Counted from the first letter of the stretch, positions 1 to 9,259 are shown. The stretch: 32,000 nt of DNA from Crocosphaera subtropica ATCC 51142 (GCF_000017845.1 NC_010546.1:4290001-4322000); one strand, 5' to 3'. Numbers and translations: made by a program. Notes: a model not told the origin generated them from the letters alone.

Positions 1-405
1 TTCTAGGACTTCTGAACTGCGACGGGCGATATCGATGCCTTTTTCTCCTCCATTGGGACTATTCCAGCCAGGATCAGCTAACCAGCGTACATAGTCATCA
101 TGAAATTCTCGGTTCACCTCATCGGGGGTTTTTCCTTCCCATTCTCCATAATAGATTTCTTTCAGGCCGTGACGAAGTTCCATGGGGATGTTGAGGAGAT
201 CACATAAGGGTTTAGCGGTGGCGATCGCCCGTTTTAACGGACTACAATAAACGGCTTTCCAGGGAAGATCCTTATAGGTTTGGGCGAAATCTTCTGCCAT
301 TTGTCGTCCAGAGGGAGTCAATTCAATATCTAATCTGCCACAGTAAGTTCCTGTTTGAGATGAGGTGGTTTCTCCGTGTCTGAGAAAATAAAGCTTAAGA
401 CTCAT
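1..405 (-). CDS. Histidine phosphatase / phosphoglycerate-mutase-family protein; N-terminal part only, C-terminus lies beyond the left window edge
   Basis: Absent from the ORF track because it runs off the edge. ATG at 405-403. The reverse-complement translation MSLKLYFLRHGETTSSQTGTYCGRLDIELTPSGRQMAEDFAQTYKDLPWKAVYCSPLKRAIATAKPL... stays open for 135 codons down to nt 1. The RHGET catalytic-His motif is typical of histidine phosphatase superfamily branch 1. Confidence 0.8.
   Translation of the reverse strand, partial: MSLKLYFLRHGETTSSQTGTYCGRLDIELTPSGRQMAEDFAQTYKDLPWKAVYCSPLKRAIATAKPLCDLLNIPMELRHGLKEIYYGEWEGKTPDEVNREFHDDYVRWLADPGWNSPNGGEKGIDIARRSSEVLE
221..228. repeat. HIP1 (highly iterated palindrome GCGATCGC), first of at least 11 perfect copies
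   Basis: Perfect copies read at 221, 1111, 2099, 3506, 4799, 19697, 20546, 22192, 27017, 28568 and 31712 (start coordinates). Several 7/8 variants are also present, for example near 7927, 15770 and 20744. Confidence 0.9.
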
Positions 406-521
406 GGGTTAATTTTTGCTTAATCTAACAATAAGAATATAGAATGCAAAATGGAAAAAAATTTAATTCTACATTCTCAATTCTATTTTTATAATATTTA
501 TAATGATTACTGTTTTTCTCC

Positions 522-1343
522 TTATTCCATGCCCCTGATAATTGGCCGATTAGTAGAAGGACGGGGGGTTAATTTGTTAGGTTTTTCTTTTTCTAATTCT
601 ATAATTTTTCGTTGTAACTGATTGACTTCTGTTTCTAATTGATTAATACGACTTTGTAAGATTGATATATTTCTTTGACTACGTTGATCCGTCTGTCTTT
701 GTCCGACGGTCATTTGTGCTTCTAAAGAATCTTGTTGCCGTTGCAGAAGGTTCAATTCACGAGTAAAACTTTGTTCTAACTGTTCCAGTTTTGATTCCCG
801 TTGAAACCATAGGGGAAGGCCGTCTCCTAATAAAGCTACACCTCCTATTCCTACACAAATGCCTCCTAAACCCACTCCAATAGCGGTTATAATCCGATTC
901 CGCCATTTAATGTGATTGGACAGTCTGGCCAACAGGTTTAAGGCATCTTCACAGTCTGGTTTAATGGCTAAACATTGCCGAATTCTCAGACGAATATTGT
1001 CTTCATCCTCTCCTCGATGATAAGTTTCCCATCGTCCCATATGTGCTGATGCTAAACTGACTAACATATCTAAGTTGGAAGGGTTAAAAGCTACTGCTTC
1101 TTGAAGTTCAGCGATCGCATCGTCCCAATGTTTTAAACGCATATAACCTTGGGCCCGAATATAGTGATCGTGGGATTGTTTTTGCGCTGCTTGTATTTCT
1201 TCTGGTTCTATGCCCAATTCACCAGCAATACTTTCTAATTCGTCGGTTGTTGGAATTCGTTGACTGGACTGACTCCATTCTGTCACTCGTTGAATATAAT
1301 TATTAATGACATTATTGGAGACATTACTGGTCATTTGTGTCAT
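522..1343 (-). CDS. Hypothetical membrane-anchored TPR-like / coiled-coil protein
   Basis: 273-aa ORF with an SD-like GGGGA just upstream of the ATG at 1343. TPR-like helices (YIRAQGYMRLKHWDDAIAELQEAVAFNPSNLD), one Gly-rich TM helix (IITAIGVGLGGICVGIGGVALLG) and a Q/E/L-rich heptad C-terminus. No family recognised by eye. Confidence 0.7.
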   Translation of the reverse strand: MTQMTSNVSNNVINNYIQRVTEWSQSSQRIPTTDELESIAGELGIEPEEIQAAQKQSHDHYIRAQGYMRLKHWDDAIAELQEAVAFNPSNLDMLVSLASAHMGRWETYHRGEDEDNIRLRIRQCLAIKPDCEDALNLLARLSNHIKWRNRIITAIGVGLGGICVGIGGVALLGDGLPLWFQRESKLEQLEQSFTRELNLLQRQQDSLEAQMTVGQRQTDQRSQRNISILQSRINQLETEVNQLQRKIIELEKEKPNKLTPRPSTNRPIIRGME

Positions 1344-1425
1344 TTTTCCCCATCCCCTTCTTATTTTTTTTGCGTTTTTATCTATTAGACAAAAAGAGAC
1401 TCATGATTGCTTAAAATTGTAACAA

Positions 1426-1887
1426 TTATTCTTGGGCCATGGTGCGAATAATGTCTCCTTGAGTCAAAATACCGATGACTTTAGTATTATTTTCATCAAT
1501 GACTGGTAAACGGCGGATTTTCTTTTCGTGCATCAGATGGGCTGCTTCTTTTAAGGATTTTGTGCCTTTTATACTAATGGGTTTATCACTCATCACTTCC
1601 CCAACGGTTTGCCCTAGGGCTTTATGAACTTCTTTTTCGTAACGGGCAGGATTTTGCAGATATATAACGCTATCTAAAATCATAATATAAGGGGGAGGTT
1701 CTACCCCTGTTTCTTGCCACATTAAATCGGTTTCAGAGATAATTCCCACAAGTTTTCCTTGATCATCGACCACGGGTAAACCACTTATTTTTTTTTCTGC
1801 TAGGATTTTCACCGCTTCTGAGAGAGGGGTTTGGGGGGTCACGGTGATAGGATTTTGCGTCATTACCTGAGCAACAGTTTTGGTCAT
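1426..1887 (-). CDS. CBS-domain pair protein
   Basis: 153-aa ORF with two CBS repeats (ISGLPVVDDQGKLVGIISETDL and IRRLPVIDENNTKVGILTQGDI). SD-like AGGTGA upstream of the ATG. Confidence 0.85.
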   Translation of the reverse strand: MTKTVAQVMTQNPITVTPQTPLSEAVKILAEKKISGLPVVDDQGKLVGIISETDLMWQETGVEPPPYIMILDSVIYLQNPARYEKEVHKALGQTVGEVMSDKPISIKGTKSLKEAAHLMHEKKIRRLPVIDENNTKVIGILTQGDIIRTMAQE

Positions 1888-1969
1888 GTTTCACCTGATG
1901 AAGCGTTTCATTACTTATTTATTCCTATTTTAAGACAAAAAGGACATCTCTTTAACCAAGCCAGAAATT

Positions 1970-2000
1970 AGTAGAGACTTAATCATATTAAGTTACTACT
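1970..2000 (-). terminator. Imperfect stem-loop downstream of the fructokinase gene (possible terminator)
   Basis: AGTAGAGACTTAA / TCATA loop / TTAAGTTACTACT gives 5+6 bp with a 2x2 internal mismatch. On the minus strand it is followed by AATTTCT. A weak candidate only. Confidence 0.3.
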
Positions 2001-2049
2001 GTAGGGATTGCTCTGATCAAGATTTTAGCCCTACTTATCTTGATAATTA

Positions 2050-3021
2050 TTAATTATTTTTTAGAAAAGTTTCAACTTCTTCTTGAGTCGGTTGTGCTGC
2101 GATCGCTCCTAGTTTTGTGGTGGTTAATGCCCCCACAGCATTACTATAAATAATTGCTTGTTTAGCGATATCTGCCTTATTGAAAATTTTATCTTGATAA
2201 AGACAACATTGAGCTAAAAATCCGGCTACAAAACTATCCCCTGCCCCTGTGGTATCCACAACTTCAACGGAAAATCCTTCTACGGTTCCTTGATTTTTTC
2301 CTAAATAATAATGACAGCCTTTTTCTGCTAATGTTACTAAAATACCTTTAATTTTAGGGAAGGTTTGAGCAATATTTCGGGGGTCTTCTGTTGACCATAA
2401 CCAGTTAGCTTCTTCTTGAGAACATTTAATCAAATCGGCTTCCTTTAAAATTTGCAAAATTAAGGGTTTTGCTTGTTCTAAATTTGGCCAAAATACAGGT
2501 CGCCAGTTGATATCAACAAAAATCTTCAATTGATGTTTTTTAGCAAGATCAATAGCTTGAAAAATAGCTTCTTTACTGTTTGAATAAGCCAATTCTAAAG
2601 TACCAATCACTAAATAGTTTGCATGAGTAAATAAGGATTCTTTTAACTGTTTAGCCTCTAATTGAGTATCAGCAAATTCCTCCGTATTAATATCTCCAAA
2701 ACCAGCAAAGTTTCGCTCTCCTGTTAAAGAACGAGTAACATAAACTTGTCTAGTTATCGCAGTAGGATGGCGTTGTATTCCTGTTATATTAACTCCTATT
2801 GTTTCTAAAAGATCAACTAACTCATCCCCTGGTTTATCTTCTCCAATACAGCCAATAAAAGCAGCAGCAACACCCAACTTAATTAAAGCACAAGCGACGT
2901 TAGCCGGCGCACCGCCTGGGTAAGCTGTCCAAGATGTAACTTCTTCTAATTCTTTCCCTAATTGATTAGCAAGACAGTCAAATAGGATTTCACCCATACA
3001 GAGTATTTGAGGATTATTCAT
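2050..3021 (-). CDS. PfkB-family carbohydrate kinase (fructokinase-like)
   Basis: 323 aa. PfkB signature 1 region YPGGAPANVACAL and signature 2 VVDTTGAGDSFVAGFL. The start lies 4 nt after the stop of the upstream gene, suggesting translational coupling. Confidence 0.85.
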   Translation of the reverse strand: MNNPQILCMGEILFDCLANQLGKELEEVTSWTAYPGGAPANVACALIKLGVAAAFIGCIGEDKPGDELVDLLETIGVNITGIQRHPTAITRQVYVTRSLTGERNFAGFGDINTEEFADTQLEAKQLKESLFTHANYLVIGTLELAYSNSKEAIFQAIDLAKKHQLKIFVDINWRPVFWPNLEQAKPLILQILKEADLIKCSQEEANWLWSTEDPRNIAQTFPKIKGILVTLAEKGCHYYLGKNQGTVEGFSVEVVDTTGAGDSFVAGFLAQCCLYQDKIFNKADIAKQAIIYSNAVGALTTTKLGAIAAQPTQEEVETFLKNN

Positions 3022-3025
3022 TATA

Positions 3026-4480
3026 TTAAAATTCTGACTCCTGACTGCTTTGAATCTGGGCTTCTTTTTCTTTATCTTCTTGTAATTGTCTTAAATGTTC
3101 TGCTTCTTCTAGGGTTGCTTCGGGATCTTCTTGTCGAGATTTTTGCACATAATTAATTTTCATTTCTTCTAGTAGTTCAGCTAGTAAAGATTGTAAGTGA
3201 GATTGAGTTTTAGGGTCTTGTAATTCTCGACTTAATGACTGTTTAAATTGAGTCGAAAGATGATTAAATAATTCTCGTCCTTCGAGATCAGCATAGGAAT
3301 TCATTAAAATTTCTAAGGTAGACTCCGCTAAATAATCTGCTAATTGTTCAATCACACCACTGGGAAGGGCTTGAATTCCTGGAATGGTTGCAATCCCTTG
3401 ATACACATTAGAGTCTTTAAACGACTCCTGTAAACTGTGTCTTAAGAGGGCTTCTAATTCCGGTTTAACTTCGGGTAAAACCCTTTCTATGGTTAATTCT
3501 AAAAGGCGATCGCTAATGGCATCTACTTTATTCACTGACCCAAGTTTAACGTAAGAGTCTGAACTAAATAACGCTTTTGCTGCTTCTCCACTCACCACAG
3601 AATCTTGAGTTTGATTGATTAATCTCACTAATAAAAAGTTAGAAATTCTGTCGGCTAAATAGGCAGCAGGTTCATGGGTTAATTGGGCTAAAACTCGCTC
3701 AAAATCGACTAATTTAGATTGATGTATTCTGACGGTAACGGGAATAATTCTTAACCAACGCCAGGTGGGTAATAAGAATAACCAATCGTACCAGCGACGC
3801 AGTAATCTATCAATAAAACTAACCTCATGATCATGAACGGATCGCCAGATCGCTTTCCTCATTATTTCTAGGAAAAAGAATAAAATAAAAACACTATCAA
3901 TGCGCCAAAATTCATCAACATATAAGCCATTTTCATCAATAGGACGAAAATAATTCGTAGCTAACAACGGACGGATTTTACTATCAAAAAATCCTAGGGC
4001 TTTTGCACTTCCTACGGATTCAAAATATTCTTGGCTCCATAGTTGATAAAATCCACTTTTAGCGGATAAACTATTAAATTCATGGCGAATAAGTCGCTTG
4101 ATTTTAGCTAAAGTTCCCAATTTATTAGAAATCAAAAAAGGATTTTCATCGAGTAAGGTTATACTTTGTTGTTGTAAATCTTTTAGTAAGGTTTCTGTTG
4201 ATTTTGTCCCTAGACTATTTTGGTTAATTTCTGCTTCTAATTGATCAACAGTTTGTAAATAATAAGTCGTTTCTGGATGAGGTTCAATGGCTTTAACTGG
4301 ATCATAAAGGGTAACAATTCCAGGTATTCGCTTTAAATATACATCCCTTAAAGGAATATAACTCATGTTAAATAGCACGAAAACAAGATTAATGATAGCA
4401 ATCACTGCCACCAGTTTATTCCAGAAATTTGAAATATCAAACCTTTTAATCCAACTTTCTTTAATTGGTGTAGTAATCAT
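3026..4480 (-). CDS. Conserved-looking hypothetical membrane protein with an Arg-periodic helix
   Basis: 484 aa. N-terminal TM (LVAVIAIINLVFVLFNMSYI) and two central hydrophobic segments (IDSVFILFFFLEIMRKAIW; RRWYDWLFLLPTWRWLRIIPVTVRI). Long acidic C-terminal tail. No catalytic motif seen. Confidence 0.7.
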   Translation of the reverse strand: MITTPIKESWIKRFDISNFWNKLVAVIAIINLVFVLFNMSYIPLRDVYLKRIPGIVTLYDPVKAIEPHPETTYYLQTVDQLEAEINQNSLGTKSTETLLKDLQQQSITLLDENPFLISNKLGTLAKIKRLIRHEFNSLSAKSGFYQLWSQEYFESVGSAKALGFFDSKIRPLLATNYFRPIDENGLYVDEFWRIDSVFILFFFLEIMRKAIWRSVHDHEVSFIDRLLRRWYDWLFLLPTWRWLRIIPVTVRIHQSKLVDFERVLAQLTHEPAAYLADRISNFLLVRLINQTQDSVVSGEAAKALFSSDSYVKLGSVNKVDAISDRLLELTIERVLPEVKPELEALLRHSLQESFKDSNVYQGIATIPGIQALPSGVIEQLADYLAESTLEILMNSYADLEGRELFNHLSTQFKQSLSRELQDPKTQSHLQSLLAELLEEMKINYVQKSRQEDPEATLEEAEHLRQLQEDKEKEAQIQSSQESEF

Positions 4481-4517
4481 TGTTCAACTGAGTAATGATC
4501 AACGTTTAATAATTAAC

Positions 4518-6167
4518 TTATCGAAGGTTTCCTGAACGTATAATACTAACAACTAACCATAATCCTAGCAGACTGGCTGCTGCAAATAAAATATTACTTA
4601 ACCAAAATAATTGTGAACTTTGTGCGCTACTAGAAATATTAGACGCACCCATAATTAAAGAACCAACAATAATACTAAATGCGATCCGATTGGCTGAATT
4701 ATCTAAACTGTAACGGATGGGATCAATATTTCTTAGGTTAACATTCCATTTCAAGGTTTCAGACGTTAAACGATCTAATAATAATTCCATTTGACGGGGC
4801 GATCGCAAGGATAAACTTTTTAAATCTAATGCTGTTCTTAAAAAGGTTTCGATAGGGTTATCCCCTAATAATTGACGACGGAATAAGTCCGTCATTAAAG
4901 GTTTAATTTGGTTAAGTAAATTAACTTCTGGATCAAAAGCCCTAGCTACCCCTTCTAAATTAGCTAACGTTTTAGCATATAATCCCATATTACTCGGTAG
5001 GCGAATGCGGTTATTTCTAGCAACTTGTAAAACCTCATAAAACACTTCGCTAAAGTTGAGTTGAGAAATACTTAAGTTATAATATTTCCGCAACATACTA
5101 TCATAATCGTTTTCTAAACGATCTAAACTCATGGGTTGTCCTGCTTCGGCTAATTCTAATGTTAATTGAGCGCAACGTTGGGCATCAATATCAACGATGG
5201 CCAGTAACATTTCCGTTAAAATTTGTTGAGTTCTCGGATCTAAACGCCCTACCATGCCACAATCTAACAGAGCAACCCGACCATCTTCTAAATAGAATAA
5301 ATTACCCGGATGGGGATCAGCATGGAAAAAGCCATTTAAGTAAATTTGTTGGAAAAAAGCACGAAACAGAAGGGTTGTAATCTCTCTTCTGGGGTTATTC
5401 TCTTGACCTTGAGAGGGTTGATCAGCAATTTTGGCTGCAAGTAAAGGGGTTCCGTCTAACCAGTCTAAAATCAGCAATTTTGGCGTAGTTAACTGCCAAT
5501 GGATTTTAGGGATCACTAATTTTTTGGGGTCAAACCAACGACTTTCAGTAAGGTTTAAACGGAGTTGAGTCGTATATTCAGCCTCCATAGTAAAGTCTAA
5601 TTCTGCTCTGAGAGCATTGGTAAATTCATCGGCGATGGCAACAATATCATAATCATCCCCAAAGTCAGTAAAAGAGACTAATTCGGCAATTCCCTTGATT
5701 AGTTTAATGTCCTGGTCAACCACTGCTTCTATGCCTGGTCTTTGCACTTTTAAAGCTACTTTCTGCCCATTTTTTAAGGTAGCTTGATGCACCTGTGCAA
5801 TGGAACCAGCAGCGATGGGTTTTTGTTTAATCTCTTGGAATATTTCTTGAGAGGGTTGGGGTAATTCTTGTTCTAATAATTGATGAATTTCTGGCCATGA
5901 AACAGGAGGAACATTAGATTGTAATTCCGATAATGCCTCTATATAGTGTTTTGGTAATAAGTCTGGACGAGTGGATAAAAGTTGTCCTAATTTGACATAA
6001 ACAGGTCCTAAATCAATTAGAATATTACATAAAACTTCTGGGGTCGGTAACTGGGGTTCATTGGATTGATTTCCTGTTAGTAATCCCTTCATATAATCCC
6101 ATCCATGATGAAATACTACTTCTAGAATTTCTCTTTGGCGGGATGTATTTTTTGTTAATGATAACAT
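4518..6167 (-). CDS. ABC1/UbiB(AarF)-family atypical kinase with C-terminal TM helices
   Basis: 549 aa. ABC1 hallmarks PIAAGSIAQVHQATLKNGQKVALKVQRPG and FFHADPHPGNL...DCGMVG. Two hydrophobic helices at the C-terminus. Confidence 0.85.
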   Translation of the reverse strand: MLSLTKNTSRQREILEVVFHHGWDYMKGLLTGNQSNEPQLPTPEVLCNILIDLGPVYVKLGQLLSTRPDLLPKHYIEALSELQSNVPPVSWPEIHQLLEQELPQPSQEIFQEIKQKPIAAGSIAQVHQATLKNGQKVALKVQRPGIEAVVDQDIKLIKGIAELVSFTDFGDDYDIVAIADEFTNALRAELDFTMEAEYTTQLRLNLTESRWFDPKKLVIPKIHWQLTTPKLLILDWLDGTPLLAAKIADQPSQGQENNPRREITTLLFRAFFQQIYLNGFFHADPHPGNLFYLEDGRVALLDCGMVGRLDPRTQQILTEMLLAIVDIDAQRCAQLTLELAEAGQPMSLDRLENDYDSMLRKYYNLSISQLNFSEVFYEVLQVARNNRIRLPSNMGLYAKTLANLEGVARAFDPEVNLLNQIKPLMTDLFRRQLLGDNPIETFLRTALDLKSLSLRSPRQMELLLDRLTSETLKWNVNLRNIDPIRYSLDNSANRIAFSIIVGSLIMGASNISSSAQSSQLFWLSNILFAAASLLGLWLVVSIIRSGNLR

Positions 6168-6223
6168 TGAATTTATTTGTTATATTTTCGTTTATTATAG
6201 TATAATTGTTGGTCAATCATAAG

Positions 6224-6244
6224 CCTCTCCCTATTGAGGAGAGG
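6224..6244 (-). terminator. GC-rich 7-bp stem-loop between the DUF2267-like gene and the ABC1 kinase gene
   Basis: CCTCTCC (6224-6230), loop CTATTGA, GGAGAGG (6238-6244). Lies 37 nt downstream of the 6281 stop on the minus strand. There is no clean U-tract, so its role as a terminator is uncertain. Confidence 0.35.
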
Positions 6245-6280
6245 TACTCGTTAACGATTCACCCATTATTATTAACGATT

Positions 6281-6739
6281 CTAGGCCTGTTCCCACATTT
6301 CTTTGATTTTACCAGGGAGAAAACCAGACAGTTCTGTAATTCTTTCTTGGGATAATTCTTCTTTCGTGGCAGCAAAAACGGCTTTGACAACAATTTCTCC
6401 TGTAGTTCTTTCTGGCATAGCTCCTTCTTGTTCGACCCGTCTAATAAATAGTTGATCATCGATATCAAGGGGACTGCGAATACGACTTATCCAAGCGACA
6501 ATAGGATTAGTATCTTTCCATAAATCAGCGATATCTTCTTCTAATTGTTTTTGGTTGCTTTCTACTGCTTTTGTATTCAATTCCGATGCAACATTATCTA
6601 TGGTTTTTGTTGGTACTAAATCTCGCATGGTTCGATAAACAATTTCTGTCATTTCTCTGGCTTCATATATATCGGTTAAGTTAGCTCTAGCCATTACTTT
6701 TTCTAGGAAGGATAAGTTAGATTGGGTTGCCGTAGTCAT
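6281..6739 (-). CDS. DUF2267-like small soluble protein
   Basis: 152 aa with a two-repeat helical pattern (YEAREMTEIVYRTMRDLVP... and GEIVVKAVFAATKEELSQERITELSGFLPGKIKEMW) that resembles DUF2267 proteins. Assignment is from memory of the family pattern only. Confidence 0.6.
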   Translation of the reverse strand: MTTATQSNLSFLEKVMARANLTDIYEAREMTEIVYRTMRDLVPTKTIDNVASELNTKAVESNQKQLEEDIADLWKDTNPIVAWISRIRSPLDIDDQLFIRRVEQEGAMPERTTGEIVVKAVFAATKEELSQERITELSGFLPGKIKEMWEQA

Positions 6740-6872
6740 AAAATATACTCTTTAAAAACTCTTTACTCTTTTAATTATGACTGTTAGCTCTAACCCATCC
6801 ATCTCAAATTAGATAGATTTTATATCTAACTGAGGATAGATTTTGACAGAAATTTTCAAATCAAGAAAACCC

Positions 6873-7253
6873 TTAATTATTACCTTTATTCAAATAAATT
6901 CTCAACAGGGTTGCATCTTCAGAGGTTCCCCGAATACCAGAACTAGATTGTTCGATTTGACTTTTCATTTGTTGGTTGTAGGGTTGCTGTTTGGTTGGTT
7001 GTTGACTATTATACTGAGACTCTGTAAAGTCCCATTTTTTTGTGTGGGATTTTTTATCATTCTCTTTTTTGTCCTTGTTGTTAACCGCAGCATCTTCGGA
7101 TACGTCAGAATGATGAATCGTAACCACAAAAGGCAGTTCATCTATGGTAAAGTTATGGGGGGAAGAAATAAAATTAACAAACAAATTAGCAAAAAAGAAA
7201 TAAACAGGTAAAAACAAAAAAACGATACTAGATAGTGCAGAGAGGATTAACAT
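6873..7253 (-). CDS. Possible small membrane-anchored low-complexity protein
   Basis: 126-aa ORF with a hydrophobic N-terminus (MLILSALSSIVFLFLPVYFFFANLFVNF) and a K/Q/N-rich tail. No SD sequence. It competes with the overlapping plus-strand ORF 6843-7211, which starts at TTG. The same strand as neighbouring genes and the signal-anchor-like start favour this one. Confidence 0.3.
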   Translation of the reverse strand: MLILSALSSIVFLFLPVYFFFANLFVNFISSPHNFTIDELPFVVTIHHSDVSEDAAVNNKDKKENDKKSHTKKWDFTESQYNSQQPTKQQPYNQQMKSQIEQSSSGIRGTSEDATLLRIYLNKGNN

Positions 7254-7343
7254 TGATGCAAACCTAATGATACTCAGTCTATAGCCAAGGGTAAACCTGA
7301 ATGAAAAAATGATTCATGTATCCCTAGACAGAATTCTAACAAT

Positions 7344-8090
7344 TTATTCAACTAATCCAGACCTTAAAGCCCGAACTGCTGCTTGGGTGCGATCATCAAC
7401 GCAGAGTTTATTGAGAATATTACGAACATGGGTTTTAACTGTCCCTACGGTAATACACAATTTTTCTGCAATATCAGCATTGTTACAACCCCCTACGATC
7501 AACTCTAAAACGTCGAATTCACGATCAGTTAAAGGAGAGATTTCAAACAGGTGTTGAGGATCTTCCTCAATGCAAGTTGTCTCCTCAAGTTGAACGGAGT
7601 GGTTATTATTAGATGAATGATTCACTGATACCGAAGAAAGTTCAGCTTTAGCAGTCACTGGTTTTTTGATTTGTTGAAGCACAATATTAGCAATATTCGG
7701 ATCAATCCAAGAATTCCCTTCATGGGTGTTTTTGATCGCTTCGATCAGTTGAGTGAACTCAATGTCTTTGAGTAGATAAGAATCAGCCCCCGCTACAAAG
7801 GCAGCTAACACATCTTTTTCCTGGGTTGTATTCGTCAAAATCAAAATCCGTGTTGAATGGGTATGAGGGTCATTTTTGAGACGTTGGGTGACTTCAATGC
7901 CATCGATATCCGGTAAGTTGAGTGCAACGATCGCCAGGTCAGGGTTTTCTTCCTTGATAATCTTTACTCCTTGATGACCATTAGCTGCTTCTCCTAGCAC
8001 TTCTATTTGTTCAACCTGTTTTAATGCAGCCAATAAACCAACACGGGTCAAATCGTGATCTTCTACCAATACAAGGCTAATTTTACTCAT
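7344..8090 (-). CDS. NarL/LuxR-family response regulator with a pseudo-receiver (phospho-acceptor Asp replaced by Ala)
   Basis: The ORF is open from 8141, but MSKISLVLVEDHD (ATG 8090) fits the usual receiver N-terminus. The receiver aligns to NarL: PDLILLDLNMPGMNG versus PDLAIVALNLPDIDG. C-terminal LuxR HTH: LTDREFDVLELIVGGCNNADIAEKLCITVGTVKTHVRNILNKL. Confidence 0.85.
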   Translation of the reverse strand: MSKISLVLVEDHDLTRVGLLAALKQVEQIEVLGEAANGHQGVKIIKEENPDLAIVALNLPDIDGIEVTQRLKNDPHTHSTRILILTNTTQEKDVLAAFVAGADSYLLKDIEFTQLIEAIKNTHEGNSWIDPNIANIVLQQIKKPVTAKAELSSVSVNHSSNNNHSVQLEETTCIEEDPQHLFEISPLTDREFDVLELIVGGCNNADIAEKLCITVGTVKTHVRNILNKLCVDDRTQAAVRALRSGLVE

Positions 8091-8601
8091 CTTCAATTCA
8101 TTAAATAGATGCAATATGGACAAATACGGCTTTAAGTTCATCCGTCTTTTGAGAGAGGGTTAATTTATATTAAACTCATTTGACAAAGGGGAACTCTAGG
8201 CGAATGTTATAAGAATACCATGAAAAGTCCCACTTTAAGATGAGCATAAACCACTCCTAATCAAGCTTAGTAATAAAGAACAAGAAAACTCAGATTTAGG
8301 CTTAAATTTACACCAAAATGCTTATTTTTTAAAATAATTAGCTAGAACAGATATGACCATATTTTTTCCCTAATTAGTTTTTGAAAAAAATTACCGATCT
8401 TTCTTAAGTGATAGAAGACAATTAACGGTTTTTAGGGGAACCTAACCAACGAAAGATGGTGATAGGGTAACATTTTTGTTCTAATAAAAGTAGGAAGTTT
8501 CAGTTAAGAGTGATTAAATAAACAAATCTTTTTTATCGAAATTTTGTGGTGTGTGATTAGTAATATTAACTGTTTTCCTGAGAACGAGACGGAGGTCATT
8601 T

Positions 8602-9219
8602 ATGCAATTATTAAATAAAAAACAGAATGTGAAAAATACTGGTATTATCGGTTTCATTAGTAGCATTGTCGTAGGAATTCCTTTGATAGCATTACCTGCA
8701 TCATCCCAAGTTATAATTCAACCGATTTGTCCTGGATTATATTACGAAGAACCTTGGAATGATATCATAGAACCCCCTGTAGGTTGTCCAGCTAACGAAA
8801 GAGAAATTTACGGGGAACAAGTACAAATTTATGATCCTGAACCTGATTATCTCGAACCTAATTATCGAGTAGTTCCCCCTCTTCCTGATACTGTGAGTGA
8901 TCCCATCACTTTCGTTAATCCGACTTCTCAGGGTACCGTAGACATTAAAATCGATAATGATACCAATGCCTTGGTAACATATCAGGTGTTAGGGCATACC
9001 GATGAAAGATGGTTAGAAGGTAGAGAAGAGATTATGCTCGAAGATGTTCCTACCCCAGTAACTGTAACCATGATCCGAGAAGATAATGGTTTATTAGAAT
9101 TCATGACCAGTGGATCTGACTCAGATTATTTGCACGTTACTCTAAATGAAGATCCTACCTTTGATGATATTCAAGGTGTTTTACGAATTCAACCGTCTGG
9201 GGAAGTTTTTCTACAATAG
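8602..9219 (+). CDS. Secreted hypothetical protein
   Basis: 205 aa. Strong SD (GGAGG) 6 nt upstream of the ATG. Signal-peptide-like GIIGFISSIVVGIPLIALPASSQ. Mature part has two Cys, an acidic/Pro-rich stretch and a predicted beta-rich C-terminus. No family recognised. Confidence 0.75.
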   Translation: MQLLNKKQNVKNTGIIGFISSIVVGIPLIALPASSQVIIQPICPGLYYEEPWNDIIEPPVGCPANEREIYGEQVQIYDPEPDYLEPNYRVVPPLPDTVSDPITFVNPTSQGTVDIKIDNDTNALVTYQVLGHTDERWLEGREEIMLEDVPTPVTVTMIREDNGLLEFMTSGSDSDYLHVTLNEDPTFDDIQGVLRIQPSGEVFLQ

Positions 9220-9259
9220 CCTCTCATACCATTAATCATTGATTATCAATAATCATCAA

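Noticed and set aside
5159-5380. Antisense ORFs inside large genes: 5159-5380, 13869-14084, 18118-18462, 20456-20650, 20704-20928, 22666-22908, 24612-24833, 25302-25616, 26314-26583, 27372-27611, 27551-27763, 27890-28108, 28391-28621, 28773-28967 and 29887-30087
   Set aside because: Each is fully embedded in, and usually antisense to, a long ORF with clear domain motifs. Their translations are low-complexity or Cys/Ser/Arg-skewed, as expected of shadow frames.
4518-6167. The ABC1 kinase as the Ser/Thr kinase feeding the three FHA domains
   Set aside because: ABC1/UbiB proteins are atypical kinases associated with quinone and lipid metabolism, not Hanks-type protein kinases. The gene is also in a separate operon 3 kb away. 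Nothing in the sequence links them.
6259-6468. 69-aa minus-strand ORF
   Set aside because: It lies in an alternative frame overlapping the 3' half of the DUF2267-like gene, with a low-complexity K/L-rich translation.
6843-7211. Plus-strand 122-aa ORF (TTG start) overlapping the minus-strand ORF 6873-7253
   Set aside because: It has a non-ATG start, no SD sequence and an odd composition, and lies on the opposite strand to all neighbours. The minus-strand ORF has a more credible signal-anchor start. Both are weak, so only the minus-strand ORF is reported, at low confidence.
7309-7557. 82-aa plus-strand ORF
   Set aside because: It lies antisense within the well-supported LuxR HTH region of the response regulator gene. 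It is a shadow ORF.
8142-8601. The 460-bp intergenic region upstream of the secreted-protein gene, examined as a possible c-di-GMP riboswitch or sRNA
   Set aside because: I could not recognise the GEMM-I/II conserved cores or any convincing stem-loop series by eye. It is AT-rich and promoter-like. A covariance-model scan (Infernal/Rfam) would be needed to exclude a riboswitch.
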